From a virus, in the IMG/VR virus record IMGVR_UViG_3300027741_000022, positions 123,645-187,644 of that record: DNA of 64,000 nt; one strand, 5' to 3'. Shown in pieces: positions 36,052 to 46,154 of this stretch. How positions within the stretch are numbered: position 1 is the first letter of the stretch; each line of letters opens with the position of its first letter. Below the pieces are notes generated by a model. The model was not told where the DNA came from. It saw only the letters and a list, made by a program, of their open reading frames with translations, and did not search any database. The position numbers and the translations under genes are program-made.

Positions 36052-36603
36052 ATGACACTTATATTAAACTTTTTTGGCGGTCCTGGTTCTGGTAAAAGCA
36101 CACTTGCTGCTGGTGTGTTTTATAAATTGAAAACAAACATGTATAATGTTGAACTTGTTACTGAGTTTGCCAAAGATTTAGTATGGGAAAAAAGAAGCAG
36201 TGCGTTAAAATGTCAGCCGTTTGTATTTGGGCAACAACTTCACAAAATTGAAAAAATAGTAGGACAAGCAGATATTATAGTCACAGATTCGCCCATACTA
36301 TTGAGCACAATATATAGTCAGAATTATCCAATATCATTTCTTCACTCTGTTGTTGATATATTTCAGACATTCAACAACCTAAACTACTTTATTGAACGTG
36401 GAGAAAACAATTACGATCCAATTGGTAGAAATGAAAGCTTAGAACAAGCAGCAAGTATTGATGAAAAAATCAAAGTGTTTCTTAATGCAAACAATATACG
36501 GTATTCCACCGTGAACAAAAGAGACAAAGACAACGTGGAACAAGTGTATGGCAGGGCTATAGAACTCTTGCCAAGCGTAGGAGGCGAGACTATAATGGTA
36601 TAA
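36052..36603 (+). CDS. AAA_28/NadR-like P-loop nucleotide kinase/ATPase
   Basis: LNFFGGPGSGKST, ELV.EFAKDLVWE, IVTDSPILL, GRN. Confidence 0.85.
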   Translation: MTLILNFFGGPGSGKSTLAAGVFYKLKTNMYNVELVTEFAKDLVWEKRSSALKCQPFVFGQQLHKIEKIVGQADIIVTDSPILLSTIYSQNYPISFLHSVVDIFQTFNNLNYFIERGENNYDPIGRNESLEQAASIDEKIKVFLNANNIRYSTVNKRDKDNVEQVYGRAIELLPSVGGETIMV

Positions 36604-36666
36604 GGCAGCCCAGTCCACAGGGCAAAGGTTGTGGAATTGCTTGTATGTCTACTTAGAAATCAAATA

Positions 36667-37104
36667 ATGTCTCCGAAATCACTGTCTCTTAACTTTGAAC
36701 AACTTGAAAATAAGATAGCTTTGTCAACACTCTCTGGAATTGCGTATCATGGAAGAAAAGCTTCAATCCCAAAGACAGTTCATCAAAATGCTCAAACACC
36801 AATTACCAAACCAGTTATTGTGCAGAATCAGGTAAATCCAACAATCCCAATAAAATTTGTACAAAACATAGCACCAGATGGCAGTATACGTTGTGTAATC
36901 AATCAATCTGAGAGCCTTCCTATAAATACTCTAAAGGCTGTCCAAACAGTTGAAAATCTTTCAACTGTTTTGCCTTTGATCAATAAACATCCCGGAGCCG
37001 TTATTGTTATTAACTACTCTAATGAATTCACAGTAAACGGCTGTGTTCGGGGATCATCTGGCGAATCTTACTGTTATCGTATTGCTGGTCCCGATGCCAA
37101 TTAA
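36667..37104 (+). CDS. hypothetical protein
   Basis: Start moved to ATG 36667. Confidence 0.65.
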   Translation: MSPKSLSLNFEQLENKIALSTLSGIAYHGRKASIPKTVHQNAQTPITKPVIVQNQVNPTIPIKFVQNIAPDGSIRCVINQSESLPINTLKAVQTVENLSTVLPLINKHPGAVIVINYSNEFTVNGCVRGSSGESYCYRIAGPDAN

Positions 37105-37137
37105 GTTTTAACTTAATTGGCATCGGTCTTGTATTAA

Positions 37138-39630
37138 CTATTCAGCAGACTCAGGAATATTCAAAATAATTGGCTGCCTATCGGAGTGCTTTCGATTTTC
37201 ACACTTACATAGTAATTCAGGATTTATTATCTGCGATCTTGCTGAACTTGTGGCTGAGCTAATAAAAATTGGGTTGCCTTCACTTGCTCCTGTGGTTCTT
37301 TCTTCCCAGCCAAAATCAACTAACTGCTTAATTGAAAGCAGAGATATAACACGCCTAGCACTAGGCGTAACATTCATTGGATAAGTGCTAACCATCAACT
37401 CATCAGTTAATCCTGGATAAGTGATTATTGAAGGGGCGGAATCACTTCTAAAATTATTCTCCCAATGGGATGAAATTGATCCTGAGCTACCTTCGTTTTC
37501 AACCGGGTATTTAGTTCTTGAAACAGGTACTCCTGATGGCCCAAGAACAGTAATTGAATTATATGCAGCTTGTGCGTTTGTATACACAGCTCCATTTAAG
37601 AAGCTATTGACTGGTGGAGTTCCGCCATAGTATGAATCCCAATATTGACCTATTCCTAATGTATGCCCTAATTCATGTGTAAGTGCAGTTACCCATTGAT
37701 CGGCAGGAGCGTTCTCATACCTAAGGTTGAGTCTTAATTGCATACTTATAGTCGTTTGTCTATTTTTGCCCCCTGATGTATAACCTGCCCATCCAATAGG
37801 ACGAGAATCTGCAATTGTGGTCGAAGTGTTGTCTCTAAACGTCTTAAAGAATGGTATTGTTTGTCCATAAAATCTATCTGTTGGATCGTTTACTAAATAT
37901 GTGCCTGGTTCCAATCTGACGCCCACCCATGGCTCTTGATAATTTGATGCGACTAAACTTGCTATTTGAGATTTGACCAAAGCGTTATATTTAATATACT
38001 TATACCATCTATCTGCTGCGGCATCGAGGCAGTGCCTATAGCTTACTCCATTTGGTGAAACCCCCTCTAAATTAACAGCATCTCTCCAAGAAGATTTATC
38101 GAACAGTTTATTTGATGTTGTTACAGTTACATCTCCCGTTTGAATTGAATTTGATGGTCCAGCACCTGCCTCATTAACAGCTCGTATTGAAAGTGATGTT
38201 GAAACATCACCTAATCCTATCACAACAAGTGTGTTTGGGCTTGTTAGTTTAACTTCACTGAGAGTGAACGGAACTCTTGCTGGAAAGGGGCCAAAATTTT
38301 CAATTGCTTCGACAATATAACTGCTTATTGTTCCTCCTCCGTTATCTGTGGGCGGAGTAAAAGTCAGAGTTACTTCAATATCGTTGATAACAGTCGCAAC
38401 TAAATTAGTAGGAGCGTTCGGTAGAACTACTCCAGGCATTACAGGTTGTGATGCTGGAGAAAATTGATTGCTTCGACCTCTAGAATTTACAGCAGCTATT
38501 CTAAAGACATAGGAAACTCCGTTTGTTAATCCTGTGTTTTCATACGTTGTGCCAGAGCCAGTGTTTATGCTTACATATGCTGTGTCAGCTTGTGAGCTTA
38601 TTTTCCTTTGAATAACATAACCGGTTATTGCAGATCCACCATTGTATGGTGCTGTCCAACTTAATGTTACTTTGCCAAATCCTTTTGTAGCCGTAGGTGC
38701 TGAGGCAGTGGAGGGAGCTACAGAAGGAGTTAATGAACTTGAATTAGCCGAATAATTACCTCTGCCCTTAGAGTTTACAGCCGCCACTCTGAAAACATAT
38801 GAATCACCCAATACCAAAGCTGGATATGAAATTGGGTTTATAGCTGCTGTTGTTACATTGCCCAAGGAAACTAAATCAGTAAAACTTGTGTCTAAACCTG
38901 ATGCTAGTTTTCCTTGGATAACATAATTGGTTATGACAGAACCATTATTTGTTGGTATAGTCCAACTTAAATTTATGAGGCAAGTGTTGGTAAGAGAGTT
39001 AAAAGTAGTGTTTGCCACCGAAATATTTGGTGCACTTGGAGAAGTTGATGGAACTACAACCGCAGAATCAGCGGACCAAACACTTGCTCCTTTTACATTT
39101 ATTGCGGCTACACTATAAACATAGGGAGTTCCATTTGTCAATCCTGTGTTTGTATATGAAGTTGCAGTAGAAACTCCGTCTACTAAACTTGTATAAGTTG
39201 CTTGTCCATTTACCTTTCTTCTAATAGCATAGTCGGTTATTGCAGCACCATTATTTGCTGGTATATTCCAACTTATTGTTACTTGACCATTACCTGAACT
39301 GCAAGTTGGAGCAGCTGGTGCCACTGGAGTAGTAGATGGGGTTACTGCTGCAGAATTAGCTGTATATGCGCCTACGCCAGATGCATTTTTAGCTGCTACT
39401 TTAAAAACATAACTATTACCATTTGTACAAGCTACAGTCGCACCTACAGTTGCTTTGACTGGGTGTGAAACTGCCGTAAAACTAGTGTCTGGCTGACTGG
39501 CTAATTTTATTTGTATAACGTAATCAGTAATAGGAGAGCCACCGTTATTGGTTGGTGCCGCCCAATTTAAAAATACCGATCCGTTTTGTGACAAAACTGT
39601 TAAACCTGTTGGTGCTGCTGGTGCTGGCAT
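37138..39630 (-). CDS. 5x fibronectin type III + leishmanolysin (M8)-like zinc metalloprotease
   Basis: Five P.AP...W..P.NNGG..IT.Y...Y.F.VAA.N..G repeats; LTHELGHTLGIG; SHWE; DELM Met-turn. Confidence 0.85.
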   Translation of the reverse strand: MPAPAAPTGLTVLSQNGSVFLNWAAPTNNGGSPITDYVIQIKLASQPDTSFTAVSHPVKATVGATVACTNGNSYVFKVAAKNASGVGAYTANSAAVTPSTTPVAPAAPTCSSGNGQVTISWNIPANNGAAITDYAIRRKVNGQATYTSLVDGVSTATSYTNTGLTNGTPYVYSVAAINVKGASVWSADSAVVVPSTSPSAPNISVANTTFNSLTNTCLINLSWTIPTNNGSVITNYVIQGKLASGLDTSFTDLVSLGNVTTAAINPISYPALVLGDSYVFRVAAVNSKGRGNYSANSSSLTPSVAPSTASAPTATKGFGKVTLSWTAPYNGGSAITGYVIQRKISSQADTAYVSINTGSGTTYENTGLTNGVSYVFRIAAVNSRGRSNQFSPASQPVMPGVVLPNAPTNLVATVINDIEVTLTFTPPTDNGGGTISSYIVEAIENFGPFPARVPFTLSEVKLTSPNTLVVIGLGDVSTSLSIRAVNEAGAGPSNSIQTGDVTVTTSNKLFDKSSWRDAVNLEGVSPNGVSYRHCLDAAADRWYKYIKYNALVKSQIASLVASNYQEPWVGVRLEPGTYLVNDPTDRFYGQTIPFFKTFRDNTSTTIADSRPIGWAGYTSGGKNRQTTISMQLRLNLRYENAPADQWVTALTHELGHTLGIGQYWDSYYGGTPPVNSFLNGAVYTNAQAAYNSITVLGPSGVPVSRTKYPVENEGSSGSISSHWENNFRSDSAPSIITYPGLTDELMVSTYPMNVTPSARRVISLLSIKQLVDFGWEERTTGASEGNPIFISSATSSARSQIINPELLCKCENRKHSDRQPIILNIPESAE

Positions 39631-39642
39631 AATTTATCTTTC

Positions 39643-39650
39643 TATTTATA
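39643..39650 (-). promoter_or_regulatory. T4-like late promoter TATAAATA
   Basis: Exact TATAAATA 12 nt upstream of the FN3-protease start. Confidence 0.6.
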
Positions 39651-39663
39651 AAGTGTTAAGTGT

Positions 39664-42051
39664 CTATTCTGCTGTGCCGCCTGAAGTTGTATTGTCTGAA
39701 GTTGATTCAACATCTACGGTTAAACCAACTGTTCCTATTTGCTGTGGGATAATTTTATTTTTAATCTTATCAAATCCACACTTGTGAACATCGCCTATTT
39801 CTGGAGCTAGCGCAGATGAGTTTAATTTCAAAGTTGGATTACCCTCACTTGCCCCTGGATTTATTTCCTGCCAACCAAAATCTACTAATGTTTTAATTGT
39901 TAATTGTGATATAACAAAAGTAACATTTGGACGAAAATATCCAACCATTATTTCATTTCTAAAACCTGGATATGTTAACCCCAGTGATCCAGGAGCAGTA
40001 GCTGGTCTAAAGCTATCATCCCAATGACCTGAAGCAGTGCCGGCTCCACCTGTATTTTCAAGAGGAATTCTTGATCTGTTTAGACGGGTTATTGAATTAT
40101 AAGCAGCTTGGGCGCCTGCATAAGTATTGCCACTTAAGAAAAATTGAAAAGGAGGAGTGGCGCCTGGAAAATAAACTTCCCAGTCCTGAAAACCTCCCCA
40201 ATAAATACCTATTCCAAGTGCATGACCTAGCTCGTGGGTTAATATATTTATCCAATCTTTTTCTGTATATGTGCCCCAAGCACGCCAAAAATCATTTACC
40301 TCAAGATAAAAAGTTATTGAATTGTATTCCTTGCCACCAAGAGCTTTATATCCAAGCATTTGAGAAGCAGCAAGTTCATTTGATTTTGAATCACTAAACA
40401 AAACAAATTCTGTTAACGCCAAACCATTCCAACCAGAATTTTCAGAAGCTATTGTTGCTCTTGCTGAGGCGCTGTATTTAATATATCTATCCCATCTATC
40501 TGCTGCTTTATTTAACCATGTTCTATATGGCTCTTCAAGAATATTATACCAAGAAGACTTATTGAACAATTTATTTGAAGGAGTGACGCTATTTGATTCG
40601 TTTGAATAAAGTCCGATGCCTGCCACATTTTTAGCAGCTAACATAAATGTATGAGGCTCGTCAGTTAATCCATAAACCAATGTTCCCAATTGATAGTTAC
40701 TATCTATTATGTCCCATTCACCATCAGTGCTTGTCATAACAACATATCCAGTTATTGGAGCACTGCTATATGGTGGTGTGAAAGCCAAACGAACGCTTGA
40801 ATTTCCAACTAAAGATACGCTTAAATTTGTTGGTGCTGCTGGCACATCTATTCTTGGTATTATATAATCTGTCCAAGCACTAAAAGGACCAGCTCCTGCT
40901 GCATTATTTGCACGTATTTTAAATCTATACGAAGCTCCGTTTATCAGATGATCTAATACACGACTTGTGTTGGCTCCTTTTCTCCTTCTTATTGGCTGAG
41001 GAAATGATGTTTGTCCTTTCCAAATCCATTGAACTTCAATATCATAAAAGGTTATTGGGGCTCCACCGTTTGATGGTGCTTGCCAATTTAAAGTTATTTG
41101 TCCATTACCCGGTATTCCAGCTGGGGGATTGATTGCGCCTGGAACTGAACGTGGTGTTACTGGTTTTGATTTAGGACCATATGCACCTGTCCCCATAACA
41201 GTTTTTGCTGCAACTCTAAACACATAAGCCGTTCCATTTGTTAATCCTGTAATGTTTGCTACTTTACGGCTACCATCTGGTACTCCCTTGCCTTCATAAA
41301 CAACAGCAAAACTTGTGTCTGGATCTGTTGCTAATTTACTTTGAACCAAATAGACAGTATTTACAGGATTAGTTCCTCCGCTATATTGTGGCATCCAACT
41401 TAAATGAACATAACCGTTATGTGGTATTGTTAATAAAAATGCCGGGGCTCCTGGCAATGATGCTGGAATACAACCCAAAGAACTATTTGACCAAGGACTT
41501 TGCCCAGATGCATTTACTGCAGCTATTCTAAAATAATAAGTAAATCCGTTTCTAAGATTTAATGCTGTGTATGTTGTGGCAGCAGAAACGCTATCCGGTT
41601 TAGTTGACCAACTATTGGGATTCATTGCAGTAGATTGAATTATGTAATCAGTAATTGCAGATCCACCATCTGCTGGTGCTGTCCAATTTACAATTATTTG
41701 ATTATCACCCGCTATACATGTTGGAGTTGGTGGCTTACTTGGAATTGCTGATGGGGTTATTACCGAAGATATCGAAGAATATTCCCCGGTGCCAAATTCA
41801 TTCCTAGCGGCTACTCTAAAAACATAACCAACACCATTCACGCCATCAATTGTTGCTCCCGGAGCAGATGGTGAATCACTTTTACTTATGGGTTCAACAA
41901 CAGTAAAATTTTCATCTGGTTCATCTGCTAATTTTCTTTGAATAACATAATCAACAATATCAGAATCACTTGAAGGAACGGTCCAATTTAAATATACTGA
42001 TCTATCCTTGGACACTAGTCCTAAAATTGTTGGGGCTGCTGGCGTTGGCAT
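39664..42051 (-). CDS. 5x fibronectin type III + leishmanolysin (M8)-like zinc metalloprotease, paralog
   Basis: Five FN3 repeats; LTHELGHALGIG; PLENTGGAGTASGHWD; NEIM. Confidence 0.85.
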   Translation of the reverse strand: MPTPAAPTILGLVSKDRSVYLNWTVPSSDSDIVDYVIQRKLADEPDENFTVVEPISKSDSPSAPGATIDGVNGVGYVFRVAARNEFGTGEYSSISSVITPSAIPSKPPTPTCIAGDNQIIVNWTAPADGGSAITDYIIQSTAMNPNSWSTKPDSVSAATTYTALNLRNGFTYYFRIAAVNASGQSPWSNSSLGCIPASLPGAPAFLLTIPHNGYVHLSWMPQYSGGTNPVNTVYLVQSKLATDPDTSFAVVYEGKGVPDGSRKVANITGLTNGTAYVFRVAAKTVMGTGAYGPKSKPVTPRSVPGAINPPAGIPGNGQITLNWQAPSNGGAPITFYDIEVQWIWKGQTSFPQPIRRRKGANTSRVLDHLINGASYRFKIRANNAAGAGPFSAWTDYIIPRIDVPAAPTNLSVSLVGNSSVRLAFTPPYSSAPITGYVVMTSTDGEWDIIDSNYQLGTLVYGLTDEPHTFMLAAKNVAGIGLYSNESNSVTPSNKLFNKSSWYNILEEPYRTWLNKAADRWDRYIKYSASARATIASENSGWNGLALTEFVLFSDSKSNELAASQMLGYKALGGKEYNSITFYLEVNDFWRAWGTYTEKDWINILTHELGHALGIGIYWGGFQDWEVYFPGATPPFQFFLSGNTYAGAQAAYNSITRLNRSRIPLENTGGAGTASGHWDDSFRPATAPGSLGLTYPGFRNEIMVGYFRPNVTFVISQLTIKTLVDFGWQEINPGASEGNPTLKLNSSALAPEIGDVHKCGFDKIKNKIIPQQIGTVGLTVDVESTSDNTTSGGTAE

Positions 42052-42099
42052 AATTCCTTTCCCTAAGTTGTACCAATATATATTCTTTAAATATAAAAA

Positions 42100-42960
42100 A
42101 TGTTAAGCATAATCATACCTTTTAAAAACGATGACATAACTAGGCTGGAGAACTTATTGAGCCTAATTTCCTATGTAGAAAGATTTTGGACTTATGAGAA
42201 AATTATAGTTGTGGAGATGGATGAAAAACCCACAATATCTAACTTACTATCTGATAATATTGTTTATTTATTTGCAAAAGAAAAGAAAAACGAAATATGG
42301 AGCAGAAGCAAACGAATAAATTTTGCTTTGCCAATAATAAAAAGCCAGATTTTAATGATGTTGGACGCAGACGTGATAGTAGACTTCAACACAATAAAGC
42401 ATATTTGTGAAAAAATAAAGAATAAAGAATTAGATGCAGCAACACCATTCAATAAAGTGTTTCATATGGAAAGAAACATTTTATTGGATGCAATGCAGCA
42501 AAAAGAAATTAATCCAAACGAATTTGCAGAAAAAAACAAGCAACACACACTCAGAGAATTTGTTTCAAATGGAGGTTGTTTTATTTCAGACACTGCAACC
42601 TTTAAACATTTGAGAGGAATGAGCGAATTATTTTATGGATGGGGACTTGAAGACGATGAACTGATATACAGATATATGAAGTTGGGAAAAAAATACGGAA
42701 GGGTTGAAAATATTTGTGCTTTACACATAGAACACAAAAGAACAAATAACGCTATTCCAAACAAAGAGTGTTTCGCAGGAAATATAATCGAAAGACACAG
42801 AATAAAAACTTGGAGTAAAGAAAAGATACAAGAATACTACGGAATAACAGAAGACATTGGCTCTTATTCCATGCTCAATAAGCCGGCAGATCCTGACGAA
42901 GAAGAAAAAATAATAATACAAAATGAAAAGAAATTATATGGAAGGTTTTTTGAAGAATAA
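42100..42960 (+). CDS. glycosyltransferase, GT-A fold (GT2 N-terminus, GT7 C-like)
   Basis: LSIIIPFK, LDADVI DxD motif, GG.F, F.GWGLEDDEL..R, LHIEH. Confidence 0.85.
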   Translation: MLSIIIPFKNDDITRLENLLSLISYVERFWTYEKIIVVEMDEKPTISNLLSDNIVYLFAKEKKNEIWSRSKRINFALPIIKSQILMMLDADVIVDFNTIKHICEKIKNKELDAATPFNKVFHMERNILLDAMQQKEINPNEFAEKNKQHTLREFVSNGGCFISDTATFKHLRGMSELFYGWGLEDDELIYRYMKLGKKYGRVENICALHIEHKRTNNAIPNKECFAGNIIERHRIKTWSKEKIQEYYGITEDIGSYSMLNKPADPDEEEKIIIQNEKKLYGRFFEE

Positions 42961-43064
42961 TATATAACAATATGATATACAGACTAATGAAAATAATAAT
43001 ATTGTTAACAATAGCCGCAGTATTATTTGGTTCTATTTTTAGATAATTTTCGATATATAAAGTT

Positions 43065-44756
43065 ATGATATTTAAAGAGTGGCTGCTGCTAAACGAAAAC
43101 ATAGAAGCCAATATTGATGATTGGCTGGAGGCTATTGTGAAGTATGCAAAGCCTAATGAAAGAGATATGTTATACCATCTTGGTATTTCTCCTGACACTC
43201 CAGAACAATCTCAATCCACGCCGGGTCGTTGGGCTCTTGGCGACATTGTTTATGAGTTCAACAATAGATTAAGTGGATGGAAACATATCATAATAAAAGT
43301 TTTGGGTGAAAAACAACTTGAAAATCTCAATTGGCTGAGTTTTAGCATAGGATACTTAGTAGCTAAAACTTTTCACGAAGAAGATTTAGAGCTAGCAATA
43401 GATGTTACAAAAAGAAGAATAGACAACAGAGAATTACCAAAAAATGAAATTGGACAAAAAGGTTGGATGACAATTGGTAGAGAAGCACAAAGATATGTTA
43501 CTGAATATTTAAGGGCTCAACAAGAACTAAGCAACAGACAAAAACTAAAACTAAAAAAGTCTGGTGATACTCTTGAAGAAGATGAAAATCTAATAAGGTT
43601 AATGGCGGACGAAAACAATCTTAAGCTTTATTATTTGCCTAAGGTAATTAATTTATCAAACGATACTGAGCAAAATTATAATCAGTTAGAAACAAATAAA
43701 ACACAAATAGAAGGTAGAAAAAGAATTCTTTGCAAGTATGGAAAAGGCACAGATTGGTGTACGGCAAATCCAAGCGGAGAATACGATCGATATTACGCAA
43801 GCAATGATATTTATGTTGTTCACGAAAATGATGTTCCAAAATATCAATTTACATCATGTTTAACAGGTGGTAGTCCTCAGTTCATGGATGTTAAAGATAA
43901 CTACGTAAAAGACATAGAGCTTAAAGTAAAAGAATTACTTGAAAAGTATTCTCTAAAAGAAACGCAGTGTTATGACTTTAAAATAATATTTCCAGACATA
44001 GAAAGTTACAAGAAAAATAAAGATCGTAGAGTCAGTGCAAAAAATATAAAAGATTTAATAGCAACTGATGAGTTCAAAAAGCTGCCACCACAAGAAGCTA
44101 AAGAGTTTATTCAAGAAATAGACATAGAGAATATGACAGCTAAAGATACAATGGATTTGATTAAAAGTTTACCAGATAGGGGAGCGGATTATTTTGATGA
44201 TAAAACAATAAATGATTTGATTCTAAGATTTCAATATGGTTATTATGATGAGCTAAATGAAAAACTCAGTGGCGATAGGCTTCAAAAATTCTTGAATAAC
44301 TATAAAAATAATAATTATGATTACCCCAAAGATAGTGAAGATTATATCCAAGGATCACAAGACTCAAGAAAGAAAACAATAAGACAAATCTTGTCTAATG
44401 CTCACAACACTTCTAACTCACTTAGAATATTAAAATTCTTGACTAAAAAGATAAATTTTGGAAGCCAAGAATCATATACAGTTTTTGATACCATAATAGG
44501 GATGATTACTAAGTCTTATAGAGAAGGCATGATTGATAAAAAAGACGTAGTAATTTATTTGTTTAGCGATTTGGCAAGAGATTTGGGCAAAAAAAATATT
44601 AATCAAATAGATTTAAACAGACTTCAGCAAAGAATGAATATAGAGCTAATACCTGAAGATGGTAAATACAGAATAACTATGCCCGAAGAAGATTATAATT
44701 CAGCAAGATATCTAATGGCTCTTTTCCTTAAAAACCACAGCGATAAAATAATATGA
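43065..44756 (+). CDS. putative head-packaged protein, group A paralog
   Basis: MIFKEWLLLNE; LYYLP...LCKYGKGTDWCTA...YQF.SC....QFMDV.DN. Confidence 0.75.
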   Translation: MIFKEWLLLNENIEANIDDWLEAIVKYAKPNERDMLYHLGISPDTPEQSQSTPGRWALGDIVYEFNNRLSGWKHIIIKVLGEKQLENLNWLSFSIGYLVAKTFHEEDLELAIDVTKRRIDNRELPKNEIGQKGWMTIGREAQRYVTEYLRAQQELSNRQKLKLKKSGDTLEEDENLIRLMADENNLKLYYLPKVINLSNDTEQNYNQLETNKTQIEGRKRILCKYGKGTDWCTANPSGEYDRYYASNDIYVVHENDVPKYQFTSCLTGGSPQFMDVKDNYVKDIELKVKELLEKYSLKETQCYDFKIIFPDIESYKKNKDRRVSAKNIKDLIATDEFKKLPPQEAKEFIQEIDIENMTAKDTMDLIKSLPDRGADYFDDKTINDLILRFQYGYYDELNEKLSGDRLQKFLNNYKNNNYDYPKDSEDYIQGSQDSRKKTIRQILSNAHNTSNSLRILKFLTKKINFGSQESYTVFDTIIGMITKSYREGMIDKKDVVIYLFSDLARDLGKKNINQIDLNRLQQRMNIELIPEDGKYRITMPEEDYNSARYLMALFLKNHSDKII

Positions 44757-44920
44757 ATGAACCAAGAAAAAACATGAAAAGCAGATGGAGCATAAAATAC
44801 AAAAAAAGTATAAACTGCAACCATCCCAAGGGTTTCAGCCAAAAGAATTATTGCAAACGCCAATCTAGAGGCGGGAAGTATATGGAAGGCTTTAAAGAGT
44901 GGCTGAATAAACTATATTAA
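44753..44920 (+). CDS. 55-aa basic protein with WS.KYKKSINC..PKGFSQK..C motif, not in ORF track
   Basis: MNEPRKNMKSRWSIKYKKSINCNHPKGFSQKNYCKRQSRGGKYMEGFKEWLNKLY; motif recalled from T4-like marine phage proteins. Confidence 0.65.
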   Translation: MNEPRKNMKSRWSIKYKKSINCNHPKGFSQKNYCKRQSRGGKYMEGFKEWLNKLY

Positions 44921-44924
44921 AAGT

Positions 44925-45101
44925 ATGCTAGCACCAATAATAGTCATACTTTCCATATCACAGCCTTTAACTGCTACTACAAAACCAAAAGAACCATATA
45001 CAGTCAGATATAATACTTTATCCCAAGAACAGCTCATCAAAGAACAAAATGAAAAAATATTAAAAATGATGTTTAAACAGATGATAAAAGAAAATCAGTG
45101 A
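44925..45101 (+). CDS. 58-aa hypothetical protein with signal-like N-terminus
   Basis: MLAPIIVILSISQPLTA...; not in ORF track. Confidence 0.45.
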   Translation: MLAPIIVILSISQPLTATTKPKEPYTVRYNTLSQEQLIKEQNEKILKMMFKQMIKENQ

Positions 45102-45478
45102 ATGGCAGCCAACTTTTTGTTTAATCTATAGACAGGCGTGCCGTCCAAACTAAACACAAATGATTCTTCGCCATTCATTGTTGAAAAGTCATGATGAACA
45201 TTATTTATCTCTTCACCAGTAGCATCATTGATTATGTTTATCAATTTTTTTTGGTGACAATCTATCAGGCTTTGTCGAATGTCTTTCACCATCCTGCAAC
45301 CAACATTGGTTGAAATAAGAAGTTTCTCAGCACCAGTTAATAGATTTTGAGATATAATCACTACTATGCTGTTGACTGAGTTGACGCGTATACTTTTTGG
45401 ACCCTTGCCAAAAATTTCTGAATAAAATCTGGAAAATTTTGAACTGATCTGACTTTCTGCTTCACCTTGAGTTTTCAT
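45095..45478 (-). CDS. DUF2294/MpsC-like protein
   Basis: MKTQGEAE..IS...F..E..GKGP..I...LT.AEK.L......VK..RQ.L......G.....HHD.ST..GEE..VF.L. Confidence 0.8.
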   Translation of the reverse strand: MKTQGEAESQISSKFSRFYSEIFGKGPKSIRVNSVNSIVVIISQNLLTGAEKLLISTNVGCRMVKDIRQSLIDCHQKKLINIINDATGEEINNVHHDFSTMNGEESFVFSLDGTPVYRLNKKLAAIH

Positions 45479-45541
45479 TGCAATACACCTGTTTTCTCCT
45501 CACTTCCTGTGAAACCTCTCCGCCAAACTTACGCAAAAGTA

Positions 45542-45571
45542 ATCTTACGCAACTGTCCACCCCCCTGTCAA
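45542..45571 (-). promoter_or_regulatory. sigma70-type promoter for the DUF2294 gene
   Basis: TTGACA-N18-TAAGAT on - strand; abuts a + strand GGTACGCT at 45572-45579. Confidence 0.6.
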
Positions 45572-45611
45572 GGTACGCTATCCGAGGGTTGAAAATTTTT
45601 TGAGATTTTGT

Positions 45612-46013
45612 TCACTTTGGTGCTGGCGGGGTGAACTTCTTGGTGTGATAATTATATTCCCAAGGTCTCCATCTAATCTTTGTACTGACCACAGTTTTAA
45701 TTGGTTCGCCAGTTTTTACGTCTGTATATTTTGCTATAGCCCAGTAATACTCTTCTCCTTTAACAACATCCTCAAGAATCTGGAAGTCTTTTGGATAGCC
45801 TAATTCAGAATGTATTCTGTTTTTGCCCATCCATTTCACATAATTCTCTATTTGTTCATTATATTCAATCGGAAAAAAAATGTGATTTATTGATCTTCTT
45901 ATAACAACAGCCTTTTCTCCAACATATTCTGAATTGCATATGAATCCTATGGCAATACCGACGAATAAAAACAGCCAATGATAGAAAATAGATCGTATAA
46001 TAATCTTGTGCAT
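45612..46013 (-). CDS. membrane-anchored hypothetical protein
   Basis: AGGAGG SD; N-terminal TM segment WLFLFVGIAIGFI. Confidence 0.75.
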   Translation of the reverse strand: MHKIIIRSIFYHWLFLFVGIAIGFICNSEYVGEKAVVIRRSINHIFFPIEYNEQIENYVKWMGKNRIHSELGYPKDFQILEDVVKGEEYYWAIAKYTDVKTGEPIKTVVSTKIRWRPWEYNYHTKKFTPPAPK

Positions 46014-46154
46014 AATAACCTCCTAATATAAGATAATTTTATGTAGGCTATTCACAGCAAGAATTTGGCTATTTTCTTAAATGGATATAGCCATATTTTT
46101 TCATGTGATCGTATCGACGAAACATATTGATAATGCTTAAAAATAAAAATGTTA

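Noticed and set aside
37421-40397. + strand ORFs inside the FN3-protease genes
   Set aside because: Antisense shadows of long, domain-rich - strand genes.
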